IMG/VR virus record: IMGVR_UViG_3300021559_000009
Span: 1 to 64,000 of that record
Origin: an uncultured virus (IMG/VR IMGVR_UViG_3300021559_000009)
Lineage: Duplodnaviria > Heunggongvirae > Uroviricota > Caudoviricetes
Length of the DNA stretch: 64,000 bases
Direction: 5' to 3' (one strand)
The stretch's first letter is position 1, and every line of letters begins with the position of its first letter. The position numbers were made by a program, and so were the translations under genes. The notes beneath the pieces are model-generated. The model saw only the letters and a program-made list of their open reading frames with translations. It did no database searches and was not told where the DNA came from. Positions 1 to 8,876 of the stretch are shown in pieces.

Positions 1-328
1 CAGCAAGCAGGCCGTGGTTCCGACGCAAATCTTCGAAGTCGCGCTCGATGCCGGTGCTCAGATCGGAAAGCTTCTTCTCCTGCTCGCGCGCTGCCTTCTC
101 GTCGGCGAGCTGCTTCTTCAGTTCCTCAACGGAGGTTTGGAGCGGCGCCACGCGCTGCTCAAGCGGATCAGGCTGATCCAGCTCGGGGATCTCGGCTTTG
201 GGATCGAACGCCTTGTTGGCCTCAAGCAGCTTGCGCCGCGCGACGGGATTCTTCATCCACGCACCGATCTGCTCACGCAGCTTGCGGTTAGCGCGAACTT
301 CCTCCTCGTCCACTTCGATAAGCGCCAT
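1..328 (-). CDS. probable capsid scaffolding protein (3' end runs out of window)
   Basis: Hand translation from ATG at 328: MALIEVDEEEVRANRKLREQIGAWMKNPVARRKLLEANK...EELKKQLADEKAAREQEKKL. Charged coiled-coil downstream of the portal. ATG overlaps the upstream TGA. Confidence 0.55.
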   Translation of the reverse strand, partial: MALIEVDEEEVRANRKLREQIGAWMKNPVARRKLLEANKAFDPKAEIPELDQPDPLEQRVAPLQTSVEELKKQLADEKAAREQEKKLSDLSTGIERDFEDLRRNHGLLA

Positions 329-507
329 CACTTGGTTCCGATGCTGCTACCCGCGTTCGGGATGTGGGAGATGGTCATGGCGGGCGACGACGCCTGCGCC
401 GGCAAGTGCGACTTGCGTCCCTGAATGTCATCCGACTCCATATCGACGCGCACGATCTGCTCGTCCGACTTGGGGATCGACTTGGCGGGATTGTGAAAAA
501 GGCTCAT
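328..507 (-). CDS. small hypothetical protein (59 aa), head operon
   Basis: MSLFHNPAKSIPKSDEQIVRVDM...; AGGAG SD upstream; TGA overlaps the next ATG. Confidence 0.6.
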   Translation of the reverse strand: MSLFHNPAKSIPKSDEQIVRVDMESDDIQGRKSHLPAQASSPAMTISHIPNAGSSIGTK

Positions 508-519
508 TCGCTCGACTCC

Positions 520-693
520 TCAAACAGCGTGGCCGCGACGCGGCCTCGCGACGTGTTCAACCGATCGGCCGGACAAATGCTGTTCGCCGGACAAGAGCGG
601 CGTGCCGGGCAGCGTGTCCTCGCGCACCATGGCGGTCGCCGTGTTCTCGTACTTGGACGGCATCTCGTCCTTGCACTTGAAAATGTCGGTCAT
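520..693 (-). CDS. small hypothetical protein (57 aa), head operon
   Basis: MTDIFKCKDEMPSKYENTATAMVRED...; ATGA overlap with ORF 690..1073. Confidence 0.55.
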   Translation of the reverse strand: MTDIFKCKDEMPSKYENTATAMVREDTLPGTPLLSGEQHLSGRSVEHVARPRRGHAV

Positions 694-1073
694 GCAGCCA
701 TCCCTTGCGGCCCGGCTTGCTGGCCTGCGCCCCCGGCACCACCCTGCTTGAGCGCCTGCATCTGCTGGTTCGCCTGGGTAGCGCGCATCATGGTGTTCTC
801 AGCCATGCTCTTCTGCCCGGCCGGCGTCACCGACCCAGGCGGCACGTGCTTGGCAAGCGAACCAAGCGCCTTGAGCACCGCGGCGCCCGCCTCGGACGTG
901 GCGCCGAGCATCGGGACGAGCTGCTGAAGCTGTTCGACAATCATGCCGAGTTTCTGGAGTCCGGCGGCCTCGTACCCCTTATTGGGCGTCGGGCCCGTCG
1001 CCGACGACACGCCCATGGGGGGAGCTTGCGCTTGAGCGCCGCCGGGCATTCCAGCTTGCGGGGTAACGGGCAC
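690..1073 (-). CDS. Gln/Pro/Gly-rich hypothetical protein, head operon
   Basis: 127-aa ORF, co-oriented with and coupled to downstream genes. Confidence 0.65.
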   Translation of the reverse strand: MPVTPQAGMPGGAQAQAPPMGVSSATGPTPNKGYEAAGLQKLGMIVEQLQQLVPMLGATSEAGAAVLKALGSLAKHVPPGSVTPAGQKSMAENTMMRATQANQQMQALKQGGAGGAGQQAGPQGMAA

Positions 1074-1088
1074 TGTGTGGCAGCCTGT

Positions 1089-1133
1089 TTACTTGCGCCG
1101 GCCGCGTCGCCCACGCCGATTGTACGTCAGCAT
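1089..1133 (-). CDS. 14-aa Arg-rich microprotein MLTYNRRGRRGRRK
   Basis: Strong SD (CAGGAGAG) about 5 nt before ATG; first ORF of the head operon. Confidence 0.55.
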   Translation of the reverse strand: MLTYNRRGRRGRRK

Positions 1134-1258
1134 AGTGACTCTCCTGGTTGCGCGTGGAACTATTCCCACGGTTACGCTCAAGAATCCTCGCTGCCCTTGT
1201 GAATCTCAATAGACTTTGTTATGGAAGTTCTAGGAGCTATCAGGACATCCTTGCGCGC

Positions 1259-1456
1259 ATGCCATCCATAGACCAATTCCTCGATGTCAGAGACTGCGCC
1301 AGGATACTCAAAATGAGCACGCGATTCGTCTATCTTGCACTGCGTTCAGGGCGAGGACCGCGCTACCAGCGTTGGGGAGGCGAAAGAGGCCGCTACCGGA
1401 TACGCTACTCCGACCTGATGCGATGGGCGCAAAGACCAAACGGAAAGGAACGCTGA
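1259..1456 (+). CDS. excisionase-like (HTH_17/AlpA-type) DNA-binding protein
   Basis: FLDVRDCARILKMSTRFVYLALRSGRGPRY...RYRIRYSDLMRW fits the winged-HTH Xis-like pattern. Confidence 0.75.
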   Translation: MPSIDQFLDVRDCARILKMSTRFVYLALRSGRGPRYQRWGGERGRYRIRYSDLMRWAQRPNGKER

Positions 1457-1806
1457 TGTACTGCCTCACCATCTGCTTCGGACCGGCGGCTACGACGTGG
1501 GCGCTGATGTTCAAAACGGAAGAAAAAGCGATCCAAGCACTGCAATTTGTCAACGAGCATGTGGACGGCAACTTCACTGACGATTTTGGTCAGACAATCG
1601 CGCTAAAAACATCCGAACTTCACGGCGTCATGCTCGAAGACCTCAGCCTCAGCAAGCTCGCTCACATCGAGCGCGCACTCCACCAGGCGCGCATGCAAGC
1701 CGAAGGGCAAAAAATGGCGCAGACCGACCCGGCGCTCATGCACGCCGCACGAGGACCAAACATCATCTCGCCGATGATGGGAGGCAATGGGAGATTTCCA
1801 ACTTGA
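1456..1806 (+). CDS. hypothetical protein
   Basis: MYCLTICFGP...; TGATG coupling to the HTH gene; AAGGA SD. Confidence 0.65.
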   Translation: MYCLTICFGPAATTWALMFKTEEKAIQALQFVNEHVDGNFTDDFGQTIALKTSELHGVMLEDLSLSKLAHIERALHQARMQAEGQKMAQTDPALMHAARGPNIISPMMGGNGRFPT

Positions 1807-1895
1807 AAGCGAGGTGATGCCTTTTGAAGACCGAATGCCTCTTGATGCTCCTAGCATTTTGCAATGTGGCGACCGGCCATGCCTATTTAGTAGCG

Positions 1896-1919
1896 GCCCC
1901 GATACGAAAGTATCGGGGC
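1896..1919. terminator. perfect 10-bp hairpin at the convergence of portal and plus-strand genes
   Basis: GCCCCGATAC-GAAA-GTATCGGGGC; no clear T-tract. Confidence 0.5.
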
Positions 1920-3643
1920 TAGTGCTTTCCTCCTCCTACCTGCCGCAGCAGCACCTTCTCCCCGACTTCCGGGTGCTCCTGCATGAGCTTCTGCATGAAC
2001 TGCGCCTTCTCAACCTTGCGCTCGCGCGCCGCGAGCTTGGCCGCCTCCTTGTTCGGGTAGTGCATGTTCTCGAGCACGTACTCGTCGTCTACGATCCCCG
2101 ACTTGTGCGAAGCAAAAATAAGCTGTTCGGTCTCGCTCGCAAAGATCGGACTGGAGCTGTGACTATCCACCGTCACCCGCCAATCGTCAGGCAGCTCCGA
2201 CAAGAGAAAGCGCGTCTCTTCACACGATTCAAACGTGTCGCCATTCGTCCAATAAAACCGCCCATCCTTCGCCTCCATAATCGACAGCGTAAGATCGGCC
2301 GAATCGGCGCACTGACGTTCCACTAAAAGAGAGCGATCACGCAGCGTCGGCGAAGCCGTCTTGACCAGCGTGTCGGCGTGCGCGCCGGCCCGCACGCCAG
2401 GCTCGCCCTGCCCGCGCATGATCTCGGGAAACGACCCCAACTCGTTGATCTTCTGCTCAAGGTGCTGAATCATCGGCAACAATTCAGACGGAAACTTGGG
2501 CGTCAAATCCTTGATGTCTGACCCTGCCCCTTGGTTCAAATAACCGGCGATTCGCGCCTGCGAGTACAACTCATCCGTCATCCCCGACTCGCCAACGAAA
2601 CCCAAAAACTTGTCTATCTGCTGCCCTATCAAGCGTCGCGCGTCAGCGTACCACTCCGACAGCAATCCCTGCGGCTCAATCAAATCGGTCAGCTCGCTGC
2701 GCCCCCAAAACCAATTCGTCACCTCGTTAGGCTGGATTAGACGATAAGGCTGAAGCCGAGAATCCTTGATCAGCAAGTTCGCCCTGGCAAACCGCGGCGC
2801 GATGACGATGTCGGGATCAACTACGATGATGGTCGTGTAATCCTTCTCGTCCTGCACCCACAGCTCGTGGACCTTAACGACCGGCGCCATTACCTGCGGC
2901 CCCATGACCGCATAATTCGGATCGTTGCCAAGCTGTACGATACCGCCCGGTGCTGGCTGCGTCGCCCCCTGAAGCCCAGTGTTTAGCTGCGACGCCGACA
3001 GAACCTGATGAAAGTAACTCGTCATATCCGACATCGACGAACCGGTTGCCGCGTGCGCCTTGATGCGGTCGTAAAGCTTGTCCGCGTCCGGCATGTGCCA
3101 GATGCGTCGCCACACCTCGGCCAGCGTCATCACGGTCGTCTCGCACAGCGCGATCTGCTTATTGATGTCGTTCTCGGCCTCGTTGTAGACGCCGAATCGC
3201 CACGGCAACACGAGTTTCTGGTAATACCGCGGCGTCTCCTTCTCGCCCTCAACCTGCACAAACTGCTTGAGAATGGCAGCGCCGTACTTGAGCGCCTCGA
3301 ACACGCCAAGACCGAACAGAAGGTCCGTGTTGCTGCGATCCCACTGGCGGGTCAGCGCACGCGCCGCCACCTTCGCCCGCTCCATCTCACGCTTGGGATA
3401 AAGGTTCTCGTAGTCCAAGTCGAACTTCAACTCCACGGGGCTGTAGAGATGCGCCGCCGACCGCTCCAGATGCTGATGCATCATGTTGACGAGCGACTTG
3501 GTCCCGTCGTAACGCCCGGTTTCAGTGATTGCGTTGAGAAGCCGGCACTGCGCCTCGCGCGAAGCCGCACTCACGCGGCACTGCTCGATCGTCTCGTTGG
3601 CAAAAGCGAGCAGTGCGCGCTTCTCGGCGGGAACACGGAGCAT
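1919..3643 (-). CDS. portal protein
   Basis: 574 aa, two genes downstream of TerL. Portal-like elements (ALKYGAAILK; WFWGRSELTDLIEPQ; EIMRGQGEPGVR; coiled C-terminus). Confidence 0.8.
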   Translation of the reverse strand: MLRVPAEKRALLAFANETIEQCRVSAASREAQCRLLNAITETGRYDGTKSLVNMMHQHLERSAAHLYSPVELKFDLDYENLYPKREMERAKVAARALTRQWDRSNTDLLFGLGVFEALKYGAAILKQFVQVEGEKETPRYYQKLVLPWRFGVYNEAENDINKQIALCETTVMTLAEVWRRIWHMPDADKLYDRIKAHAATGSSMSDMTSYFHQVLSASQLNTGLQGATQPAPGGIVQLGNDPNYAVMGPQVMAPVVKVHELWVQDEKDYTTIIVVDPDIVIAPRFARANLLIKDSRLQPYRLIQPNEVTNWFWGRSELTDLIEPQGLLSEWYADARRLIGQQIDKFLGFVGESGMTDELYSQARIAGYLNQGAGSDIKDLTPKFPSELLPMIQHLEQKINELGSFPEIMRGQGEPGVRAGAHADTLVKTASPTLRDRSLLVERQCADSADLTLSIMEAKDGRFYWTNGDTFESCEETRFLLSELPDDWRVTVDSHSSSPIFASETEQLIFASHKSGIVDDEYVLENMHYPNKEAAKLAARERKVEKAQFMQKLMQEHPEVGEKVLLRQVGGGKH

Positions 3644-4197
3644 CAGACGCGCCGCCTATAACCAGGCTGCAACACCTCGTTGGCGGGCAAGTCGCCCACC
3701 TTATCCCACCCCATGCGCTCGGCGTGCGCACCACGCAGCGCAGTCTGCGTGCGCGCACCAGCATTGGGGAACGGACCACCCGAGACATCAGTGCTGTACT
3801 CCAACCCCGCCGAGTAACCCACCTGCGCATTGGGATTGCGCGCACGGATCGCATCCATGTTCTTCGTAATAACGTTATGAACCACTGGCGCTGCCACATC
3901 GCCCTCGTGGCGCGTCGGCGCGAGGTCGGTGATCTTGAGCCCTGACATCTCGGAAACAGGGACGCCCGCCATCTCAGCCGCCATCTCGGCTCGCCGCTCC
4001 GACCCACGCTCCATATCACGATAGACCTTGTCGCTCGCTGTCGTCGAAGCGTGGCGAATGAACGGTACGACTATGTCATCGTCATCCCGATCGTGCCCCA
4101 CATAGGCGCCGCACAGCATGCAGTTCTTGGGCATCCCCTTACAGGGATCCCACGCGAACTTGCCGCGACAGTCAGGGCAGCGGAGACTAAATGCCAT
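3643..4197 (-). CDS. zinc-ribbon hypothetical protein between TerL and portal
   Basis: CPDC...CMLC at the N-terminus. Confidence 0.7.
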   Translation of the reverse strand: MAFSLRCPDCRGKFAWDPCKGMPKNCMLCGAYVGHDRDDDDIVVPFIRHASTTASDKVYRDMERGSERRAEMAAEMAGVPVSEMSGLKITDLAPTRHEGDVAAPVVHNVITKNMDAIRARNPNAQVGYSAGLEYSTDVSGGPFPNAGARTQTALRGAHAERMGWDKVGDLPANEVLQPGYRRRV

Positions 4198-4295
4198 TTT
4201 AATGACTCCGGTGGCCCGCCGGCTAAACCAAGGTCACCCAGGGCTCGATCTCTCCGTGTAGGTAGAGACCCGTAATCCTCAGCGGGCCGCCACAA

Positions 4296-6218
4296 TCATC
4301 TATAACGCCATGACAACCTCGCCGCCTCCGCCTGCTGGCGCACTCGTGCACGCTGCTTCTCGGCAAAGAACGCCTCCAGCTTGTTCTTGTTGAACAATTG
4401 CAGAGCCCCTTGCATTGTCAAGGCCCGCCGCGCCGCCTCCGCCTCGCGCGTGAGCTTGCGCATGATCAAGTTCTTTCTGATCTCCTTCTGCCAATAATAC
4501 ACCATCAGGGCCGCAGAAACAGCCCGGTCGTCCTTCTTGCCGCTCGGCGCCTCGATCGTGTCGCCGTCCTGCGCGAGCGTGCGCATCTCTTCGATGAGGT
4601 CGGTCGATCGCACACGGAACAACCCCGAAATCACGTAGTCCCGCAAGTGGTTCATGTACATGACTTTGAGATTAGTGTTAGTCTTCATGTGCCAGTTCTG
4701 GCCCGCCGCCATCCCGTCCGGCCGTGTGTAGATGAACGTGCGCACGTTGCGAAATATATTCTTAAGCCCCTTCTCCTCGATCTCCCGCGACTGGTAGCCG
4801 TTGTCGATCTGGTGCCGCAGGCTCTTGATCTCGTTGAACACCGTCTGACCCGGACCATTCAGCTCCAGCACATAGCGCACCTCAGCCTTCTCGGACCCAC
4901 CGTACCAACCCATGATCGCCGCGAGCATCCACGCGAACTGCTGCGGTGTCGGGTGCGGCGAAGCGAACTCGGCCACCTGATCGATGCCGTCGGCGTAGCA
5001 ACGCCCCACCTCGATCGAGGAGCGATCGTTATGCTCATTCTCCCCGAAAGCGGTATCGACGCCGAGACAATAGACGCCCTCGGGATCGGGCTCCTCCCAC
5101 ACTTTCATCTCGGTCAGCTTCACGGAGTTCGTCCGGTGCACCATCATCCGGGAAAACTCGTCGCCGGGCGTAAAGTGATAGCGATCGAAGCGGTCGGAGG
5201 CGGAGTAATGATACTGCGCCGTGAGCTTGTCGGCTGGAATAAACTGCGAACCCGTGATCTGAAACGCCTCGTCCTCAGTCCACGGCTGCTCCTGGATGCG
5301 AGTTGTCGAGCCCTCGTACTCGGTCGTCGTGTCGGAATCCGTCTCATAGACAGCCGTCGGGTCCATCTTGCGCCTGATCCAGGCAAGCTGCTCCTGCGTA
5401 ATCTCGTGCCCGTACAGCTCGCGCACCAGCCTGATCTTGGCAACCTCGCGCTCGGTCGGCAGCTGCTCGCCGTAACGCAAGAAGTCGGGATCGTCGCGAC
5501 CAATGCACTGGCTCGGCTTGGACCACCACCCGAGGAACACACAGCAAGAATGCGCCTTGTCCCTGCGCGCCTCCTCCCACATGTCCTGCCACTTGTTGGG
5601 ACCGCGCGCCGTAGACTCGTAAATGTAGAGTCGATCGGGGTTCACGTCCGACAGCGACTGCTCGAACGCCTCCAAACCCTCATCGTTGTCGTAGGAACAC
5701 AGCTCCGATAAAGTCGCGAAGGCGAGGCCAATCGACCGGCCCAGCGTACCCGACGACTTGGACTTCTTGACGCCGGCCGACTTAAACAAAATCTTGGAGT
5801 TGTTCTCCAGCGTCAGCCCCTCGCGGTTGCCCTCACCCGCCCCCTTGACGTGAGGAAACTTGATCGACTCGGGCAGGTCACGGATCATCGCGACCAGCTC
5901 CTGGCGCGCATTCTCGCGGTTGGGAGCGGTGTCGAACACCAGCGCACCGGCGAGTCCGCGGTGGATGCCCAGCATGAAGACCGTGAGAGCACGGACGATA
6001 GTGGAAATGCCAAGCTGGCGGGATTTCAGAACAAAGATGCGATGAACATCCCGCTCCAGCGCGTCAAAAATCTCGGTAATGAGCTTGATCTGCCCGTCAT
6101 AAAGGTTCTCGCCCAGGCAGATGTGCCCGTCGTCCTTCGAGTCGATGCTGCAAGCGTTGAGGAACTGGTAAAAGGCGGCTTCCACCACACCGCGCTTGCG
6201 CTTGGACCATCCTGGCAT
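4296..6218 (-). CDS. terL: terminase large subunit
   Basis: Walker A-like VLKSRQLGIST, Walker B-like ATLSE, motif III YESTA, RNase H-like nuclease GVDTAFG...DRSSI...KKDDR. Confidence 0.92.
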   Translation of the reverse strand: MPGWSKRKRGVVEAAFYQFLNACSIDSKDDGHICLGENLYDGQIKLITEIFDALERDVHRIFVLKSRQLGISTIVRALTVFMLGIHRGLAGALVFDTAPNRENARQELVAMIRDLPESIKFPHVKGAGEGNREGLTLENNSKILFKSAGVKKSKSSGTLGRSIGLAFATLSELCSYDNDEGLEAFEQSLSDVNPDRLYIYESTARGPNKWQDMWEEARRDKAHSCCVFLGWWSKPSQCIGRDDPDFLRYGEQLPTEREVAKIRLVRELYGHEITQEQLAWIRRKMDPTAVYETDSDTTTEYEGSTTRIQEQPWTEDEAFQITGSQFIPADKLTAQYHYSASDRFDRYHFTPGDEFSRMMVHRTNSVKLTEMKVWEEPDPEGVYCLGVDTAFGENEHNDRSSIEVGRCYADGIDQVAEFASPHPTPQQFAWMLAAIMGWYGGSEKAEVRYVLELNGPGQTVFNEIKSLRHQIDNGYQSREIEEKGLKNIFRNVRTFIYTRPDGMAAGQNWHMKTNTNLKVMYMNHLRDYVISGLFRVRSTDLIEEMRTLAQDGDTIEAPSGKKDDRAVSAALMVYYWQKEIRKNLIMRKLTREAEAARRALTMQGALQLFNKNKLEAFFAEKQRARVRQQAEAARLSWRYR

Positions 6219-6267
6219 GCAGGATGATTACTACTCCCAAGCACGGACGACAATAGGAGCGCGATCG

Positions 6268-6537
6268 TCATCGCCTCAAGAACCCCGCCTGACTCTGCCG
6301 CTGCTGCGCATCAAGCGCCTGCAACTCCGCGTCGCACTTAGCCTTGAGCATAAGCCAAAACGTCATCCCGTCCTGCCGCGCATCGAGGATGACGGTCGCG
6401 ATCGGGTTGCCGCAATCCTTTGGGGGCACCACGACGAACGCTCCGCCGAAGCCAGAGGCCGCATTGCGGTCGATCTCCTCGGCAACGCGGAGAAAAAACT
6501 CCGCGTTGGAGGGAGGCTTGGGCTGCTCGTCAGCCAC
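6268..6537 (-). CDS. hypothetical protein
   Basis: 89-aa ORF in the minus-strand operon. Confidence 0.6.
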   Translation of the reverse strand: MADEQPKPPSNAEFFLRVAEEIDRNAASGFGGAFVVVPPKDCGNPIATVILDARQDGMTFWLMLKAKCDAELQALDAQQRQSQAGFLRR

Positions 6538-6540
6538 GAA

Positions 6541-6897
6541 CTAGGGACCGGGGCTAGCCGGTACGGGCTGAGAAACGTGCGTAGCGTCAGCCGTATCAAG
6601 TACGATGTTACTCGGTGTCACGTCTTGCACGATATCCACGACCAGCGTCGCCACCTTCAATCCGGCCGTGTCAGACACGGTGACCGTGATCCCCGGTGAA
6701 ACCTGCACGAGTGGCGTGAGAACAATGGCGGGATTGCCACCCTTATCCGTCCCAACCGCAGTACCGAGGCTAGCCGGCTTGCTGGAAGTTACCGAGAACA
6801 CGTCCCCGGTCGGAACCGGCTCGGTTGTACCAGCCGCGTTCTGAGTCTTGATCGTGATGGTATCGATCTCGTCGTTCGGCAGCTCATAGTTCGGCAT
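6541..6897 (-). CDS. beta-rich (Ig-like) putative virion accessory protein
   Basis: MPNYELPNDEIDTITIKTQNAAG...FSVTSS...; T/V/P-rich; AAGGA SD. A longer start at MAFQQ is possible. Confidence 0.5.
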   Translation of the reverse strand: MPNYELPNDEIDTITIKTQNAAGTTEPVPTGDVFSVTSSKPASLGTAVGTDKGGNPAIVLTPLVQVSPGITVTVSDTAGLKVATLVVDIVQDVTPSNIVLDTADATHVSQPVPASPGP

Positions 6898-7006
6898 CAG
6901 CTTTCCTTTCTTGGTTCGCGTTGGCAGTTCAAGCCCTATAACGGTAGGCTTGTGGTAAAACATGTACAGAGCTTCAACCAGTTGCTGAAAAGCCATGGTT
7001 CCTCGG

Positions 7007-7339
7007 TCACACACTTCTGCCTTGGCGCATTTCAGCAACAGTTCGAGCATCATCGAGACGATGCTTGCCGCGATCAGGATCGCCAGCACCGTACTCTTGC
7101 CGATAGCGTTCAAACTCATCAGCCAGCGCTCTCACCGACGCAGCGTATCCAGGGTCACAGAACTTAAACGCCTGTTCCGCATACGCTCGCAACGCAGCCG
7201 GCGCGCACGGGTCTCGCGCTCCAAGCGTGAACGACGGCCACTCGACTACAGTGCCGTCACGTCGCTTCACCAAATACTTACCTTCCGGCGTCGCTGGATC
7301 GTCACGCCAGAGCCCGTGTATCAGAGGCTTCTCATCCAT
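7007..7339 (-). CDS. hypothetical phage protein
   Basis: GKYLVKRRDG...FTLGARDPCAPAALRAYA, a motif type often seen in phage proteins; GAGG SD. Confidence 0.65.
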   Translation of the reverse strand: MDEKPLIHGLWRDDPATPEGKYLVKRRDGTVVEWPSFTLGARDPCAPAALRAYAEQAFKFCDPGYAASVRALADEFERYRQEYGAGDPDRGKHRLDDARTVAEMRQGRSV

Positions 7340-7343
7340 TTTC

Positions 7344-7559
7344 CTACCTCACGTAGCGGTGCGAATAAACGTTCTTGACCTGCGCATTGAGCGCCTGCCC
7401 CACCGACGGCGCGTTCGCGATCTGCACAGCAAGCTCCTCGGCCACGCCCACGTAGGCGCTGACACGACCACTCTGCCACGTCACGAGAAGCTCGTTTGAG
7501 TCACTGTCGTAGCCAACCTCGGCGACGTGGGAGGAATAGACCGGCTGGGTCCAACTCAT
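7344..7559 (-). CDS. KTSC domain protein
   Basis: VYSSHVAEVGYD...LLVTWQSGRVSAYVGV...APSVGQALNAQVK matches the KTSC pattern. Confidence 0.85.
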   Translation of the reverse strand: MSWTQPVYSSHVAEVGYDSDSNELLVTWQSGRVSAYVGVAEELAVQIANAPSVGQALNAQVKNVYSHRYVR

Positions 7560-7717
7560 TTGTCCTTCCTCTCCCAATGCCGACACCACCCGTGCGAGGA
7601 AATCCTGCCCTCGACGAGGGTGCACAAATACGGCTTCCTGAACATGGAACAGCCCTCGCACTTATGCAGCGCCTTCGGGTTATCCTGATACTTGGCCTCG
7701 GTCTTGGTAATTTTCAT
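7556..7717 (-). CDS. HiPIP-like (high-potential 4Fe-4S) protein, 53 aa, no export signal
   Basis: YQDNPKALHKCEGCSMFRKPYLCTLVEGRISSHGWCRHW = C-x2-C-x8-C-x10-G-W-C. ATGA overlaps with both neighbours. Confidence 0.8.
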   Translation of the reverse strand: MKITKTEAKYQDNPKALHKCEGCSMFRKPYLCTLVEGRISSHGWCRHWERKDK

Positions 7718-7905
7718 TTTACATCCGTCAACCGCCAGCCCTCAATTAGCGAACTCTCGGCTTTTCCATTACACACCCACGACACCTCGTAAGAAACCTG
7801 TTGCGGACTGCGATAGTGCACCGCCGTTATCACCCCGACAAGTTCCCTACATCCGTCCACATAGACGCGATCCTTAATCGTAAAAGCCGTGTCGATCTTA
7901 GGCAC
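7714..7905 (-). CDS. small hypothetical protein (SH3-like beta barrel?)
   Basis: 63-aa ORF, coupled to neighbours. Confidence 0.55.
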   Translation of the reverse strand: MPKIDTAFTIKDRVYVDGCRELVGVITAVHYRSPQQVSYEVSWVCNGKAESSLIEGWRLTDVK

Positions 7906-8252
7906 TAGCGCGCCATCCCATGTTCCTTAGCCGCATCCACCATGATCTGATGAACCAGAGGGAGCAGCACCTCGTCGGTGTCCTCGACGGTCTCGTCGGC
8001 AAAGAGGAGGAAGGGAATCTTGAGGAGCGGCCGGCGCGCGGGATCGTAGAACGGGTTGCCCTCCGGGACGCGCCATACCAGGACGCGCCTGCGGTCGCGG
8101 TTGTGGTCGCCCAGCGTCCTGAACTCAGCCTCCATCTCGTCCACGACACCCACCGCGCGCTGGCGGTTCTTCGCAAACTCCTTCGCGGGCAAGCGAATGC
8201 GCGCCCGGCGATCGGGGTGATCGGCGAAGAACTGGGCGTCTTGATCAGTCAT
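7905..8252 (-). CDS. hypothetical protein
   Basis: DAQFFADHPDRRARIR motif; coupled ORF. Confidence 0.6.
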   Translation of the reverse strand: MTDQDAQFFADHPDRRARIRLPAKEFAKNRQRAVGVVDEMEAEFRTLGDHNRDRRRVLVWRVPEGNPFYDPARRPLLKIPFLLFADETVEDTDEVLLPLVHQIMVDAAKEHGMAR

Positions 8253-8430
8253 ACCCGCCTCGCGCCCTAAACAAATCGCGCTCCAACTCTTTTATCCGCC
8301 TCGCCGCCTCTTGAAAAAGATCGTGCCAATCGGCCGCAAGCTGATCGTAGGTGCGCGGGCTCAACGTGGCTTTAACGCGTTGGTCGCACTTGGCCGCCGC
8401 CGTCTCAAGCCGCATCACGAGATCACTCAT
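8245..8430 (-). CDS. coiled-coil paralogue 3 (MSDLVMRLE...QEAARRIKELE)
   Basis: Similar to the two adjacent ORFs. Confidence 0.6.
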   Translation of the reverse strand: MSDLVMRLETAAAKCDQRVKATLSPRTYDQLAADWHDLFQEAARRIKELERDLFRARGGYD

Positions 8431-8662
8431 TGAGCTTCTCCTCACGCTTTCGCGTCGCCTCCATCTCTCGCGTCGCCTCCCGCAAAATACCGTAAACGTC
8501 ATGACACTCACGGTTCAGCCTTTTTATTTCTCGCGCCGCCTCTTGCAGAAGAATACACACCGCATCAACCTGTATGTAGTAATTAGCTACGTGCGCGAAA
8601 CCTTCGCTTTGTTTAGCGCACTTGGCCGCCACCGTCTCAAGCCGCGTCACGAGATCACTCAT
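8423..8662 (-). CDS. coiled-coil paralogue 2 (MSDLVTRLE...QEAAREIKRLNREC)
   Basis: Near-duplicate of 8655..8876. Confidence 0.65.
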   Translation of the reverse strand: MSDLVTRLETVAAKCAKQSEGFAHVANYYIQVDAVCILLQEAAREIKRLNRECHDVYGILREATREMEATRKREEKLNE

Positions 8663-8876
8663 TGAACTTCTCCTCACGCTCTCGCGTCGCCTCCTGCAAA
8701 AGACCATAAGCGTCTTGACACTCACGGTTCAGTCTTTTTATTTCTCGCGCCGCCGCTTGCAGAAGAACGCGCACGGCATCAGCCTGTATATAGTAAGTAG
8801 ATGTCTTCGCGAAACCTTCGCTTTGTTTAGCGAACTGAGTCGCCACCCTTTCAAGCTGCGTTACGAGATCGCCCAT
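8655..8876 (-). CDS. coiled-coil paralogue 1 (MGDLVTQLE...QAAAREIKRLNREC)
   Basis: Near-duplicate of 8423..8662. Confidence 0.65.
   Translation of the reverse strand: MGDLVTQLERVATQFAKQSEGFAKTSTYYIQADAVRVLLQAAAREIKRLNRECQDAYGLLQEATREREEKFNE

Noticed and set aside
1230..1854. Invertible segment bounded by CTAGGAGC/GCTCCTAG
   Set aside because: Only 8 bp of perfect inverted match, which is compatible with chance.
4398..5711. 437-aa plus-strand ORF
   Set aside because: Antisense shadow of terL in GC-rich DNA.
8423..8876. Diversity-generating retroelement TR/VR pair
   Set aside because: No reverse transcriptase in the window, and the differences are not adenine-specific.
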